A stretch of DNA of 23,999 nucleotides, from positions 1 through 23,999 of the forward strand of contig JALGVI010000079.1 in NCBI GenBank assembly GCA_029838215.1, in the 5' to 3' direction. This DNA comes from Candidatus Helarchaeota archaeon. GTDB lineage: Archaea > Asgardarchaeota > Lokiarchaeia > Helarchaeales > RDOG01. A program made the position numbers and the translations under genes. The notes beneath the pieces were generated by a model, which saw only the letters and a program-made list of their open reading frames with translations, was not told the DNA's origin and did no database searches. Positions 1 to 9,007 of this stretch are shown piece by piece; positions within the stretch are counted from its first letter, which is position 1; every line of letters starts with the position of its first letter.

Positions 1-1
1 A

Positions 2-1369
2 ATGACTTCTACATTACAAGAAATAGAGGCAAGAATAAAAAATCGAGATGTTTTGATATCCGTATTTGGCTTAGGACGAATCGGTTTACCAACAGCAGCC
101 ATTTTCGCAAATGCGGGATTCAAGGTTAATGGCATTGACATTAATTCTGAAATCATAACTCTTTTAAATCAAGGTAAGACGATTCTTGATGAACCAGGGC
201 TTGTCGAGCTCGTCAAAAAAAGCACGGGAGCCAAAATGCTTCAAGGGCTTCTACAATCAGAAATAAAAAACCTTGAAAGTGATGTATTCATTATTTGCGT
301 GCCTACACCAGTTACGGAAAATAAAGTTCCAGATTATTCAGACGTGCTCAGTGCTATTGAAAAAATAGGTGAGATATTAAAAAAAGGGGATTTGGTCATA
401 GTTGAAAGCACGACTTCTCCAGGCACGGTTGAAAACCTTCTCATTCCAAGAATTGAACGCAACTCTCAATTAACTGTAAAAAAGGATTTTTGGATCGTAA
501 GTTGTCCAGAAAGGGCGAATCCGGGAGAAATCCTACATATCTTTCAAAATACGCCCCGAATAATAGGAGGCATCGATCAAAAGTCCACAGATGTGACTTT
601 TAAATTATATAGAGAAGTAATGAGTGCAGAAATTATAAAAGTGAGCAATCCCAAAACAGCTAATGCTGTAAAATTGACGGAAAACATTTTTAGAGATGTC
701 AACATCGCTCTGATGAATGAAATTTCGATTTTATATGAAAAATTAGGGATCGATACATTTGAGATCATCAAGGCCGCATCTTCGAAGTGGAATTTTGTTC
801 CCCACTTCCCAGGAGCAGGTGTGGGAGGACCCTGTTTACCAGCCAATCCTTATTACTTGATTCAGGAAGGCATGAAAGTCGGATTTGTTCCACACTTGAT
901 TCGGTTTGCTCGAGAAATCAACGATCGAATGCCTGCTCATTTAATTGAGTTGATACTTGATGCCTTAAATGAGGCGGGGAAGACAGTGAAAAATGCCAAT
1001 ATTTGTCTTCTCGGCATGAGTTACAAAGAAAATATAGGAGATGCACAGGTTTCTCCTTTTTTTCCAATTTATAACGCCTTACGTGAGTTAAAAGCCAATA
1101 TAAAAGTACATGATCCGCATTTCTTGAATAAAAATCCACTTTCCATCACAATTGAATCATCAATCGAAAACGCATTGGAAGATGCAGATTGTATTGTTTT
1201 TATTACAGCGCACGATGAATTCAAGAAACTCAGATTGGAGAATGTTCAATTAATGGCTAGCTCACCTCTCGTTATAGTAGATGGAAGAAACGTTACGGAT
1301 AACAAAAAGCTTCCGAAAGGAACAATTTTTAGAGGTATTGGACGTCTGAAAAGCAGCGATTTTGAATAA
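2..1369 (+). CDS. wecC: UDP-N-acetyl-hexosamine 6-dehydrogenase (WecC/WbpA nucleotide-sugar dehydrogenase family)
   Basis: Rossmann motif GLGRIG, ICVPTP, EST-x-PGT, CPERANPG, KLTENIFRDVNIALMNE and catalytic-Cys motif GVGGPCLP. ManNAc versus GlcNAc specificity is not resolvable. The ATG at 2 is at the window edge. Confidence 0.88.
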   Translation: MTSTLQEIEARIKNRDVLISVFGLGRIGLPTAAIFANAGFKVNGIDINSEIITLLNQGKTILDEPGLVELVKKSTGAKMLQGLLQSEIKNLESDVFIICVPTPVTENKVPDYSDVLSAIEKIGEILKKGDLVIVESTTSPGTVENLLIPRIERNSQLTVKKDFWIVSCPERANPGEILHIFQNTPRIIGGIDQKSTDVTFKLYREVMSAEIIKVSNPKTANAVKLTENIFRDVNIALMNEISILYEKLGIDTFEIIKAASSKWNFVPHFPGAGVGGPCLPANPYYLIQEGMKVGFVPHLIRFAREINDRMPAHLIELILDALNEAGKTVKNANICLLGMSYKENIGDAQVSPFFPIYNALRELKANIKVHDPHFLNKNPLSITIESSIENALEDADCIVFITAHDEFKKLRLENVQLMASSPLVIVDGRNVTDNKKLPKGTIFRGIGRLKSSDFE

Positions 1370-1396
1370 ATTCTTGTTAATTATCGAATTTAGACG

Positions 1397-1402
1397 TTTT
1401 TT
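1397..1402 (+). terminator. Possible archaeal-type U-tract terminator
   Basis: T6 run about 30 nt after the stop of 2..1369, in a convergent intergenic gap. Confidence 0.3.
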
Positions 1403-1419
1403 CTTGAGCTAAATAAAAT

Positions 1420-2577
1420 TCATCTCAAAAATTTTTTATACAATGACTCAACTTGCTTCGATATTACATTCCAAGAGTAATTTTTAGCCTTATTCACGCC
1501 ATTTTTAATTAATTTATTCCTTAATTCATCATTTTTTAAGATTCTTATTATTTTGTCTGCCAAATCATCAATTGAATTCGGCTTGAATAATAAGCCATTC
1601 TCTTGATCGTCAATCAATTCAATTGTAGCACTATCTTTTTGATTTGCGGCAATAATTGGAGTTCCTGCAGCCATTGCCTCTAACAATACGATTCCAAAAC
1701 CTTCTTTTACAGATGGTAGCACAAACAAAGTCGAGGACTTGTATAGTCTTATGAGATCGTCTTCAGGTAAGAAACCGTGAAATATAACGCCATCCTTTAA
1801 ATCATGATGGATTACTAATTGCTCTAAACTCCTTAATAGAGGCCCAGTTCCAACAATATGTAAACAAATGTCAGGAATATTGGTCTTGATTTTCGCAATG
1901 GCAGAAATCAATACATCTATCCTTTTATTTGGACTTAAACGACCAACATACAAGATTTGATTCTTCATTTTTTCAATTTTCGTTGCTTGAAAAACTTCAA
2001 ATTTTACACCCCCAGGAATCACAGTTATTTTTGACGGATCAATTTTCATTTTTTTTTCCAATTGGGATTTAGTAAAATTTGAAACGGCTATCAAATGCAT
2101 TGGAAGACGCGTTGTCATTTTTTCAATTTGTTTACCAAGTGAAGCGAATATAGGGTTTTGTAGATATTGAAACCAATAGTTGTCCCAAACCTCGTGAAAC
2201 GTGATGAAAAGAGGAATTTTTTGAAAAAAAGAGAAGATTTTTCCACTAAAACAAGGAAAATATGGGAATGAGTTACATTCGATAATCTCTGAATTCTTAA
2301 TTTCATTGAAAAATTTTAAGCTTTTAATGCAAAACAACATAGAAGGTAAGATTTTCCTCCGTCCAGTGTCATCATAAAAGTTCTCAATTTTATGACATCT
2401 TTTTACATGCATGTTTAAGTGAATTTCTGATCTTTTCGAATCATGCCATTGCATTGAATAGACATTTATTGAATGATTCTCGGCTAGGCGCGTAAATATT
2501 TCATAATATCTCTTTTCAGCTCCGCCTTTCAGATAGGGGTAAAAAACATCAGAAAGTAAGCTTATTTTCATTAGCAT
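1420..2577 (-). CDS. GT4 (GT-B) glycosyltransferase
   Basis: N-terminal GGAEKR, TFHEVW, YVGRL-x-x-x-K, and E-x7-E motif KEGFGIVLLEAMAAGTP. Confidence 0.92.
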   Translation of the reverse strand: MLMKISLLSDVFYPYLKGGAEKRYYEIFTRLAENHSINVYSMQWHDSKRSEIHLNMHVKRCHKIENFYDDTGRRKILPSMLFCIKSLKFFNEIKNSEIIECNSFPYFPCFSGKIFSFFQKIPLFITFHEVWDNYWFQYLQNPIFASLGKQIEKMTTRLPMHLIAVSNFTKSQLEKKMKIDPSKITVIPGGVKFEVFQATKIEKMKNQILYVGRLSPNKRIDVLISAIAKIKTNIPDICLHIVGTGPLLRSLEQLVIHHDLKDGVIFHGFLPEDDLIRLYKSSTLFVLPSVKEGFGIVLLEAMAAGTPIIAANQKDSATIELIDDQENGLLFKPNSIDDLADKIIRILKNDELRNKLIKNGVNKAKNYSWNVISKQVESLYKKFLR

Positions 2578-2829
2578 CCGACTAGCATGTTTAATTCCAA
2601 TTATATTTTTAAGAACTTAATTTATTATTTCAATTCAAAAATCTTCTTTTTTTTCTTTTTCCTTTGTGTATTTAATAATAAAGAGATAGAGAGAAATCCA
2701 CCAGAATTCTTGTTCAATAAACTTATTATTTATGATGAAAACAAGTGCAATTTCAAATTTTTTTTTACCAATAAGTAAGATTTACTGAAGAAAAACTAAA
2801 ACATAAAAATTAAATATGAGAAAAAGATT

Positions 2830-2850
2830 TTAATCGTTATTAATCGTTAT
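2830..2850. repeat. 10-bp tandem direct repeat (TTAATCGTTA x2) in a divergent intergenic region
   Basis: ttaatcgtta ttaatcgtta t read directly from the sequence. Confidence 0.85.
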
Positions 2851-2861
2851 ATTTGAGATTG

Positions 2862-2875
2862 AAGACAAGTTTATA
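2862..2875 (+). promoter_or_regulatory. Putative BRE/TATA box for the GT2 gene
   Basis: Purine-rich AAGACAAG followed by TTTATA (2870-2875), about 75 nt upstream of the ATG at 2951. Confidence 0.35.
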
Positions 2876-2950
2876 CTAACGATATTTCGTAGTTTAAACA
2901 GTTTAGAAAGAGAGAGCCTCAGAAAATAAAAAGGAAGAAGGAATTATTCT

Positions 2951-3964
2951 ATGGGCGAGATTTTTAACAAGCACGTTTCCTCAATGTCAGAATCTAGTGA
3001 GATAGAAGAAAAGTCATCGATAAATTCATTTTCATTAGTTGTCATTTTGATTAAAATAATACGAGATTTAACTCCAATTTTGGAAAAAGTTGCAAGAAAC
3101 ATTGATAAATTGGATTTGATCATGAAAAAATCGCCAGATATATTGTATTCCTTTCTATTTAAAGATTTTCAGGAAATAGTCGAGAGTCCTTATACAGAAG
3201 AATTTATGAGTGAAATCGAAAACTTTTCCACTAATTTAATAGCAAGTTCTAAAGAAAAGAAAGCCAGTTCTCGGCAAAAAGTTTCACACCCTCCAATATC
3301 AATTATCATACCCTCGCTTAACGAGGAAGAAGCAATTAAACAAACTATTGCAGATATCCAAAAGCAAAATCTTCCAAATGTAGAAATACTCGTTGTAGAT
3401 GGATTATCTGCTGATAGAACTCAAGATTTTGCCCGAAAGATGGGGGCAAAAATCATTGTGGAACACAGAAGGGGGTATGGAAGGGCAATCCAGACCGGAG
3501 TTGAGAACGCCAAAGGTGATATTTTGATATGGATGGATGCGGATTTTTCTTATCCAGCGAAGTATCTTTCCGCATTGATTCAACCAATAATAGAGAGAAA
3601 AGCAGATATCGTATTAGGAAATAGATTACGAAAACTTGAATACAAATCAATGACTCCGTCCCATCTCTTTGGAAATGTCATTTTGACAATAATTTTTAAT
3701 ATTTTTTATGGAAAGAGAATAAAAGACACTCAATGTGGACTTCGAGCGTTCTCTAGAAGAGGACTCGAGAAAATGAATCTTGAGAAAAAAGGAATGTCTT
3801 ATGCCACAGAAATCTTAATCGAAGCAGTAAAAAAGAACTTAAAAATAGAACAAATAGATATAAGTTATCGAAAAAGAATTGGAGAAACAAAACTCAATAC
3901 ATTCAAAGATGGTATAAACATTCTTCTAACTATAATACAGAATAGGTTTCGAAAAAAATCGTAG
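2951..3964 (+). CDS. GT2 glycosyltransferase (DPM1-like polyprenol-phosphate glycosyltransferase fold) with ~110-aa N-terminal extension
   Basis: ISIIIPSLNEE, VVDGLSADRT, GYGRA-x-x-x-G, MDADFSYP (DxD), DTQCGLRAF, ISYRKRIGETKL. The true start may be downstream of 2951. Confidence 0.88.
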   Translation: MGEIFNKHVSSMSESSEIEEKSSINSFSLVVILIKIIRDLTPILEKVARNIDKLDLIMKKSPDILYSFLFKDFQEIVESPYTEEFMSEIENFSTNLIASSKEKKASSRQKVSHPPISIIIPSLNEEEAIKQTIADIQKQNLPNVEILVVDGLSADRTQDFARKMGAKIIVEHRRGYGRAIQTGVENAKGDILIWMDADFSYPAKYLSALIQPIIERKADIVLGNRLRKLEYKSMTPSHLFGNVILTIIFNIFYGKRIKDTQCGLRAFSRRGLEKMNLEKKGMSYATEILIEAVKKNLKIEQIDISYRKRIGETKLNTFKDGINILLTIIQNRFRKKS

Positions 3965-4029
3965 TAGATTTTCTTTGAAGAAGAATCGTGTTTATTGCAA
4001 GAGTTTTCTTCCATCCTTATCGGATCAAA

Positions 4030-5193
4030 TTAGTATATGATTTCCTGATATGATTTTTCAAATCTTTGACAGACAGACTCCCAAGAGAACGATCTAGCAA
4101 GTTTCAAACCTTCATTCGAAAGTTTTTCATATAATTCTTTATTCAGGTATAGCTCAAGGATTGCATTGGAAATTTCGGCTGGAATTGCTTCGATATTGTT
4201 ACTTAGAAATAGTCCAGTTTTTCTATTTTCCAAAACGTGTTCAATTTCACCTACAACAGTCGTGATAACTGGTTTTCCACTAGCGAGACTTTCTAAAACA
4301 ATTGCAGGAAAACCTTCCGATGCAGACGGGAGTGCTATAACATCAACTATTGAAAGAAAGTGAGGCATGAGATGATGTTGAACGCGCTCGTGGAATCTAA
4401 TATTTTCTAATTCATATTTTTTTATCAATTCTCTTAAATTATTTTCTTCTGAACCGTTTCCAACAATTAATAATTTAATATTTGGATGTTTATCAAGTAA
4501 ATTCATCGCCAGAATCAGTTTATCAATTCGTTTAACTTTTTCAAATGACCCAAAAAAGCCAATTACGAAATCATCTTTCTTCAAATCTAGTTTACGACGT
4601 AGTTTTTCGTTCACGGAAGGTTTGAAAAGGTCACAGTTTACGGCGTTTGGAATTATTTCTATTTTTTCCTTATCAATCTTTAGCTTTTCGGCCAATTTAA
4701 TGAAATTCTTCGATATTGAGTAGATTTTTTGGTAATTCAACTTCCAAGCAAATGCTTGAATTTTCTGGAAAAACGTATTTTTTATGGAACTTTTTGTGAT
4801 TTCATACCATTCTTCATAACCATAAGATAAAAGAGAAATGACGACAGGAATTTTTAAGATCTTGCCGAAAATATAAGCAGCTATTGAGCATACAGGCGGT
4901 ATTGCATGAATTACATCTATTTTAGCTTTTTTTATTCTTGATATGGAGATCAGTAAGAAAAAACCAAATAAAATTCTTTTAAAAATGTTGGATAAAGAAA
5001 AATTCTGCTGATTAAAATCAGCTGGGAATGAATCAAGTAACTTGAAAGATTTATTTAAATATTTAACAGGTTTTCCGGTAATAATATTTATGGCATGGCC
5101 TCGTTTAGCTAAAAAACTTGCTAAGTTGTTAAAAAAAATCTCACCCCCGCTTGCTTCAGGATACCATTTTTCTGTAATGAAAAGTATTTTCAT
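4030..5193 (-). CDS. GT4 (GT-B) glycosyltransferase
   Basis: YPEASGGE, NAV-x-x-x-x-F, FFGSF-x-x-x-K, and SEGFPAIVLESLASGKP (E-x7-E). Confidence 0.92.
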   Translation of the reverse strand: MKILFITEKWYPEASGGEIFFNNLASFLAKRGHAINIITGKPVKYLNKSFKLLDSFPADFNQQNFSLSNIFKRILFGFFLLISISRIKKAKIDVIHAIPPVCSIAAYIFGKILKIPVVISLLSYGYEEWYEITKSSIKNTFFQKIQAFAWKLNYQKIYSISKNFIKLAEKLKIDKEKIEIIPNAVNCDLFKPSVNEKLRRKLDLKKDDFVIGFFGSFEKVKRIDKLILAMNLLDKHPNIKLLIVGNGSEENNLRELIKKYELENIRFHERVQHHLMPHFLSIVDVIALPSASEGFPAIVLESLASGKPVITTVVGEIEHVLENRKTGLFLSNNIEAIPAEISNAILELYLNKELYEKLSNEGLKLARSFSWESVCQRFEKSYQEIIY

Positions 5194-5210
5194 TTCCGGT
5201 TTTTCCTTGT

Positions 5211-6626
5211 CTATTTCGAAACAGAGTTTAAAAAGTTGGTGAGTATTGTCCTGAAGCCGTTTATATAAGTTTTCAGGTCATGCAAGTTCCTTATTTTAAG
5301 AATTCTCTTTAAAATATATGAGGGTCGAAAATAGAAAGAATTGTATGCTTTTTTTACCATTTCTTCCATTAGATTTTTATTTAATTCGCCATGTTCAAAA
5401 ATTGCAATTCCTTTTTCGTTATCGTAATCTTCCCACCTATTTGTTAGCAATTTACCTTCTTTGAGTATAATGTCTCGAATGGGAGTTCCGGGATATGGAA
5501 TTAAAATGGAAAATTGTGCAGCGTCGGGGTCGATCTTTTTCGTAAAATTTATTGTATCTTGAATTGTTTGACGATTTTCACCTAAATTTCCGATCATAAG
5601 AAAAGCAACAGTAAATAGACCTGCTTTTTTTGCCCATTTTATGGCATTTTCGCTTTGTTCTAACGTTATTCCTTTACGTATGTTTTTCAATATTTGAGAA
5701 TTCCCAGATTCGACTCCAAAGCTAATGGAATAACATCCTGCTTGATTCATTAATTTTAATAATTCATAGTCCACGGTATTGACTCTGACACCATTAGGAC
5801 ACTTCCATTTGATATCTAATTTTTTCTTTAGCACTTGATAACAAAATTCCCTGACTCTTTTTTTATTTGCAGTAAAAAGATCGTCTAAAATGTGAAATTC
5901 TCTTATACCATAGTTATTTATCAGAAATTCGATTTCATTTAAAAGATGATTCACGCTCCGGGCTCTGAACTTTGTCCCAAAAATCTTCTTGTTGCAATAA
6001 ATACAACGGGCAGGACAACCTCTTGAAGTTAAAATATTTGCGAATTTACCGGTTTTGGTTTGAGGAGAATAATACTTGTCCATTTCTAAAAGCTCATACG
6101 CTGGAAGAGGAAGTTCATCCAAATCTTCAATCAATGGTCTTAAAGGATTACTAATAATTTCACCATTTTTCTTGAACACGATTCCTTCTACCTGAGAGAG
6201 ATCTTTTTTTTCTTCAATGGCTCGTATTAAATTCAAAAAAGTATACTCGCCTTCACCCACAACGACCACGTCTACGTTCTCGTTAGACACCGTGTCTTTG
6301 GGAAGAGCAGTAGGATGTGGTCCTCCAAGAACAGTAATGGTTTCAGGGTTCGCAGCTTTTATTTCAGCACATAACCTAAAGGCGTTATTTATAACCGGAG
6401 TGGAAGATGTGATTCCAATAATATCTGGTTCTTCTTCTTTAATTTGATGAATAAAATCAATTTTTGAAGGCAGATTTAAATTCAAATCGATAATTTTAAC
6501 TGCGATTTTATTTTGGATTAAAACCGCAGCGATATATGCCAGTCCCATTGGAGGAAGAATGGGAGACATTTTTTCGTTTCCAAGATAAGAAACACGATGA
6601 TATGGATTGATTAATAGGATTTTCAT
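5211..6626 (-). CDS. Cobalamin (B12)-binding radical SAM protein (class B / BchE-like architecture)
   Basis: N-terminal B12-binding region (PPMGLAYIAA, PDIIGIT, GGPHPT, VVVGEGE); TSRGCPARCIYC (CxxxCxxC); LDDLF, GVESG, PYPGTP. Confidence 0.92.
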   Translation of the reverse strand: MKILLINPYHRVSYLGNEKMSPILPPMGLAYIAAVLIQNKIAVKIIDLNLNLPSKIDFIHQIKEEEPDIIGITSSTPVINNAFRLCAEIKAANPETITVLGGPHPTALPKDTVSNENVDVVVVGEGEYTFLNLIRAIEEKKDLSQVEGIVFKKNGEIISNPLRPLIEDLDELPLPAYELLEMDKYYSPQTKTGKFANILTSRGCPARCIYCNKKIFGTKFRARSVNHLLNEIEFLINNYGIREFHILDDLFTANKKRVREFCYQVLKKKLDIKWKCPNGVRVNTVDYELLKLMNQAGCYSISFGVESGNSQILKNIRKGITLEQSENAIKWAKKAGLFTVAFLMIGNLGENRQTIQDTINFTKKIDPDAAQFSILIPYPGTPIRDIILKEGKLLTNRWEDYDNEKGIAIFEHGELNKNLMEEMVKKAYNSFYFRPSYILKRILKIRNLHDLKTYINGFRTILTNFLNSVSK

Positions 6627-6671
6627 CTCACGTAACCCATTTTTTTCATTTTTATTTCTATAAACTCCAAA

Positions 6672-7826
6672 TTAATAAGTAATTTGTTTCTGTATGAAAT
6701 CTTCCGTGATCTCTATATTTTTTAGGACTTCAACGATTTTCTGTGCTGCGTTGCCCTCACCAAATTTATTTTGGGATTTTCGTACATTCTCCAAGAATTC
6801 AGAGTCATACAAAGCGCGGTCAATCGCTTGTAATATGGCTTCTCTTACGGGAGGAACGTCAATGATGTTCTTAGAACGCTCGCGACCAGATTGTCTCTCA
6901 CCGATGTTAATCACGGGTATTTTCATGCTTGGAGCTTCCAATATTCCGCTACTCGAATTTCCAATCATTAAATCAACGGCTTTCATGAAACTGAAATATT
7001 CTACTGGCGAAAGGTTCTCGAATGACAAAACGTAATCATTTTTGCTGAATTCCTTGATACGTGTGATGAAATCTCTTGAACCTGCATCACAATTTGGAAA
7101 AATGAGAACGATTTGTTCCTTTAATTCAGTTAATACATCTAATAACGTTTCCAGTTGAGATAATCCATAATCTTGGAGTGTTGTAATGGGATGCTGGATG
7201 ACTAAATAAGTTTTTTTCCTATAATCCAGTCCATATTTTGAGAATAGGTCTTTTTTCTCGATGAGTTTCGTGTTCAAGATTATATCAAGCGAAGATGATC
7301 CCGTAACAAAAATACGCGATTTGTCTTCGCCCATTTTTTCGATTCGTCTTGCATTTGCCTCTGTAAAAGCAAAATGGATGTGCGAAATTTTTGTAATTGC
7401 ATGACGTATTGATTCATCGATCATCTTTCCAGTGACATCCCCGCCATTTATGTGAGCAATTGGGATATTTAGATACAAAGCAGCCAGTGCAGCGGCCAAT
7501 GCTTCAGAGCGATCTCCTAGAACGACAATGATTTCAGGTCGATTCTCTGACAAATATTCTGTGAAGTTCCTAATTCCATCAGATAAATAATATGCCATGT
7601 CAGATCTTGTATCGCCTGCCAATTTCATTGGTATTGAAATGGCAGATGCAAAATCTTTTTTTATAATTTCGATACTTTTCCCGTATTCTTCCAGCAGATG
7701 CATTCCTGTAACAATCGGAATTAACTCTAAGGTTTCATCTTTGTCTATGAGTGCCATTATGGATTTTAAATAACTGTATTCGGCTCGAGTTCCCGTTACA
7801 ACGGCGATGGTTCTAGATTTCTTCAA
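6672..7826 (-). CDS. neuC: UDP/GDP-N-acetylglucosamine 2-epimerase, hydrolysing (NeuC/LegG family)
   Basis: VTGTRAEY, VTGMHL, VLGDRSE, HINGGDVTG, DESIRHAITK, HP, PNCDAG, GNSSSGILEAP, NIGERQSGRE; overlaps neuB by 14 nt. Confidence 0.92.
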   Translation of the reverse strand: MKKSRTIAVVTGTRAEYSYLKSIMALIDKDETLELIPIVTGMHLLEEYGKSIEIIKKDFASAISIPMKLAGDTRSDMAYYLSDGIRNFTEYLSENRPEIIVVLGDRSEALAAALAALYLNIPIAHINGGDVTGKMIDESIRHAITKISHIHFAFTEANARRIEKMGEDKSRIFVTGSSSLDIILNTKLIEKKDLFSKYGLDYRKKTYLVIQHPITTLQDYGLSQLETLLDVLTELKEQIVLIFPNCDAGSRDFITRIKEFSKNDYVLSFENLSPVEYFSFMKAVDLMIGNSSSGILEAPSMKIPVINIGERQSGRERSKNIIDVPPVREAILQAIDRALYDSEFLENVRKSQNKFGEGNAAQKIVEVLKNIEITEDFIQKQITY

Positions 7827-8865
7827 GCATATCCTCTCTTATAATTTGATCTTTCTTAATGGAACGGTTAAGTCTTTTTCCAATTAGAGAATAAAACTTT
7901 TTAGGACTGATTCCCGTGGCGGGTCTCTTTATGGCAAGCATTTCTTCACGTAGGACCATCCCTTTTTCAATATCAACTCTTGCGACAACGGATTTTCGAA
8001 CAGCTTTCATGATTTCGATTTCTGATGGAACGGGAATTTTCTCATGACTGCCCAATGCTCTTTCAGCCCTTCGAACTTCTGCGATCATTTTTGTCAATTC
8101 TTGAGGATCCAATGAGGCTTTATGATCAGGGCCCGGTAGGTTCTTATCAAAAGTAAAATGCTTTTCTATCACGACAGCACCCATTGCTACAGCCATTATT
8201 GGAACAGTTATTCCTTCGGTATGATCAGAATAACCAACAAGACAGTCCAATTTTTCCTGCATTGTTTTCATTGCATTAAGATTTACTTCTTCAAGTGGAC
8301 ATGGATAATTTGTAGTGGCGTGTAGCATGATGATGTTCTCGTGATATCGTTTAATGAGCTCACAGGCTTCCATCACTTCTTCTAGCGTTGCCATCCCCGT
8401 TCCCAGTATCATTGGTTTTTTTCTTTTTGCCAATTTTTCTAAAAACACGAAGTTGGTAAGGTCACCTGAACCGATCTTATACGCTGGTAGAAGGGCATCC
8501 ATAAATTCAAGAATACCGGAGTACGTATGGAGCGTGGATAAAAAAATGATTTTCTTTTCATCACAATAATTCTTCAATTCTCGAAATTCGTCTAGAGATA
8601 ATTCTAGGTTTTTTAACATTTCTAACTGGGAAATAGTCTTGCCGATATTCTCCTTTTGATAGCCAACAATTTCAACATCTTTGGCAACAAGATCTTCAGA
8701 CACAAATGTTTGAAATTTTATTGCATTTGCCTTGGCGTTTGAAGCAACATCTATCAATTTTTTTGCCAAGTTAATGTCGCCGTTATGATTCACGCCCGCT
8801 TCTGCGATAATAAAACAGGGATTTCCAACTCCAATTTCGCTACTGCCAATTCTAATCGTCACCAT
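7813..8865 (-). CDS. neuB: Nonulosonic acid synthase (NeuB/LegI family) with C-terminal SAF domain
   Basis: IIAEAGVNHNGD, AIKFQTF, KIGSGDLTN, NYP, GYSDHT, IEKHFT, GPDHKASL, RKS, KRPATGISP; GAGGT RBS upstream. Confidence 0.95.
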   Translation of the reverse strand: MVTIRIGSSEIGVGNPCFIIAEAGVNHNGDINLAKKLIDVASNAKANAIKFQTFVSEDLVAKDVEIVGYQKENIGKTISQLEMLKNLELSLDEFRELKNYCDEKKIIFLSTLHTYSGILEFMDALLPAYKIGSGDLTNFVFLEKLAKRKKPMILGTGMATLEEVMEACELIKRYHENIIMLHATTNYPCPLEEVNLNAMKTMQEKLDCLVGYSDHTEGITVPIMAVAMGAVVIEKHFTFDKNLPGPDHKASLDPQELTKMIAEVRRAERALGSHEKIPVPSEIEIMKAVRKSVVARVDIEKGMVLREEMLAIKRPATGISPKKFYSLIGKRLNRSIKKDQIIREDMLEEI

Positions 8866-9007
8866 GCTAACCTCATTGTTTTTCAGCCTAGATTAAAGAA
8901 ATGAATGATTAAAACAAATAATTCGTAAAATAATATCATAAGATTTAAGATTACCTACTTTGTTTAAGTTTTTGTAAATTAGAATAATAATCCGAGGAAA
9001 TATAGGA

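Noticed and set aside
2587-2778. 63-aa ORF in the divergent intergenic region
   Set aside because: Low-complexity Phe/Asn/Lys translation of AT-rich promoter DNA with homopolymer tracts
5211-6626. Calling the radical SAM protein a GDGT ring synthase (GrsA/B) or another named enzyme
   Set aside because: The B12 plus radical SAM architecture is shared by many subfamilies and cannot be assigned without phylogeny
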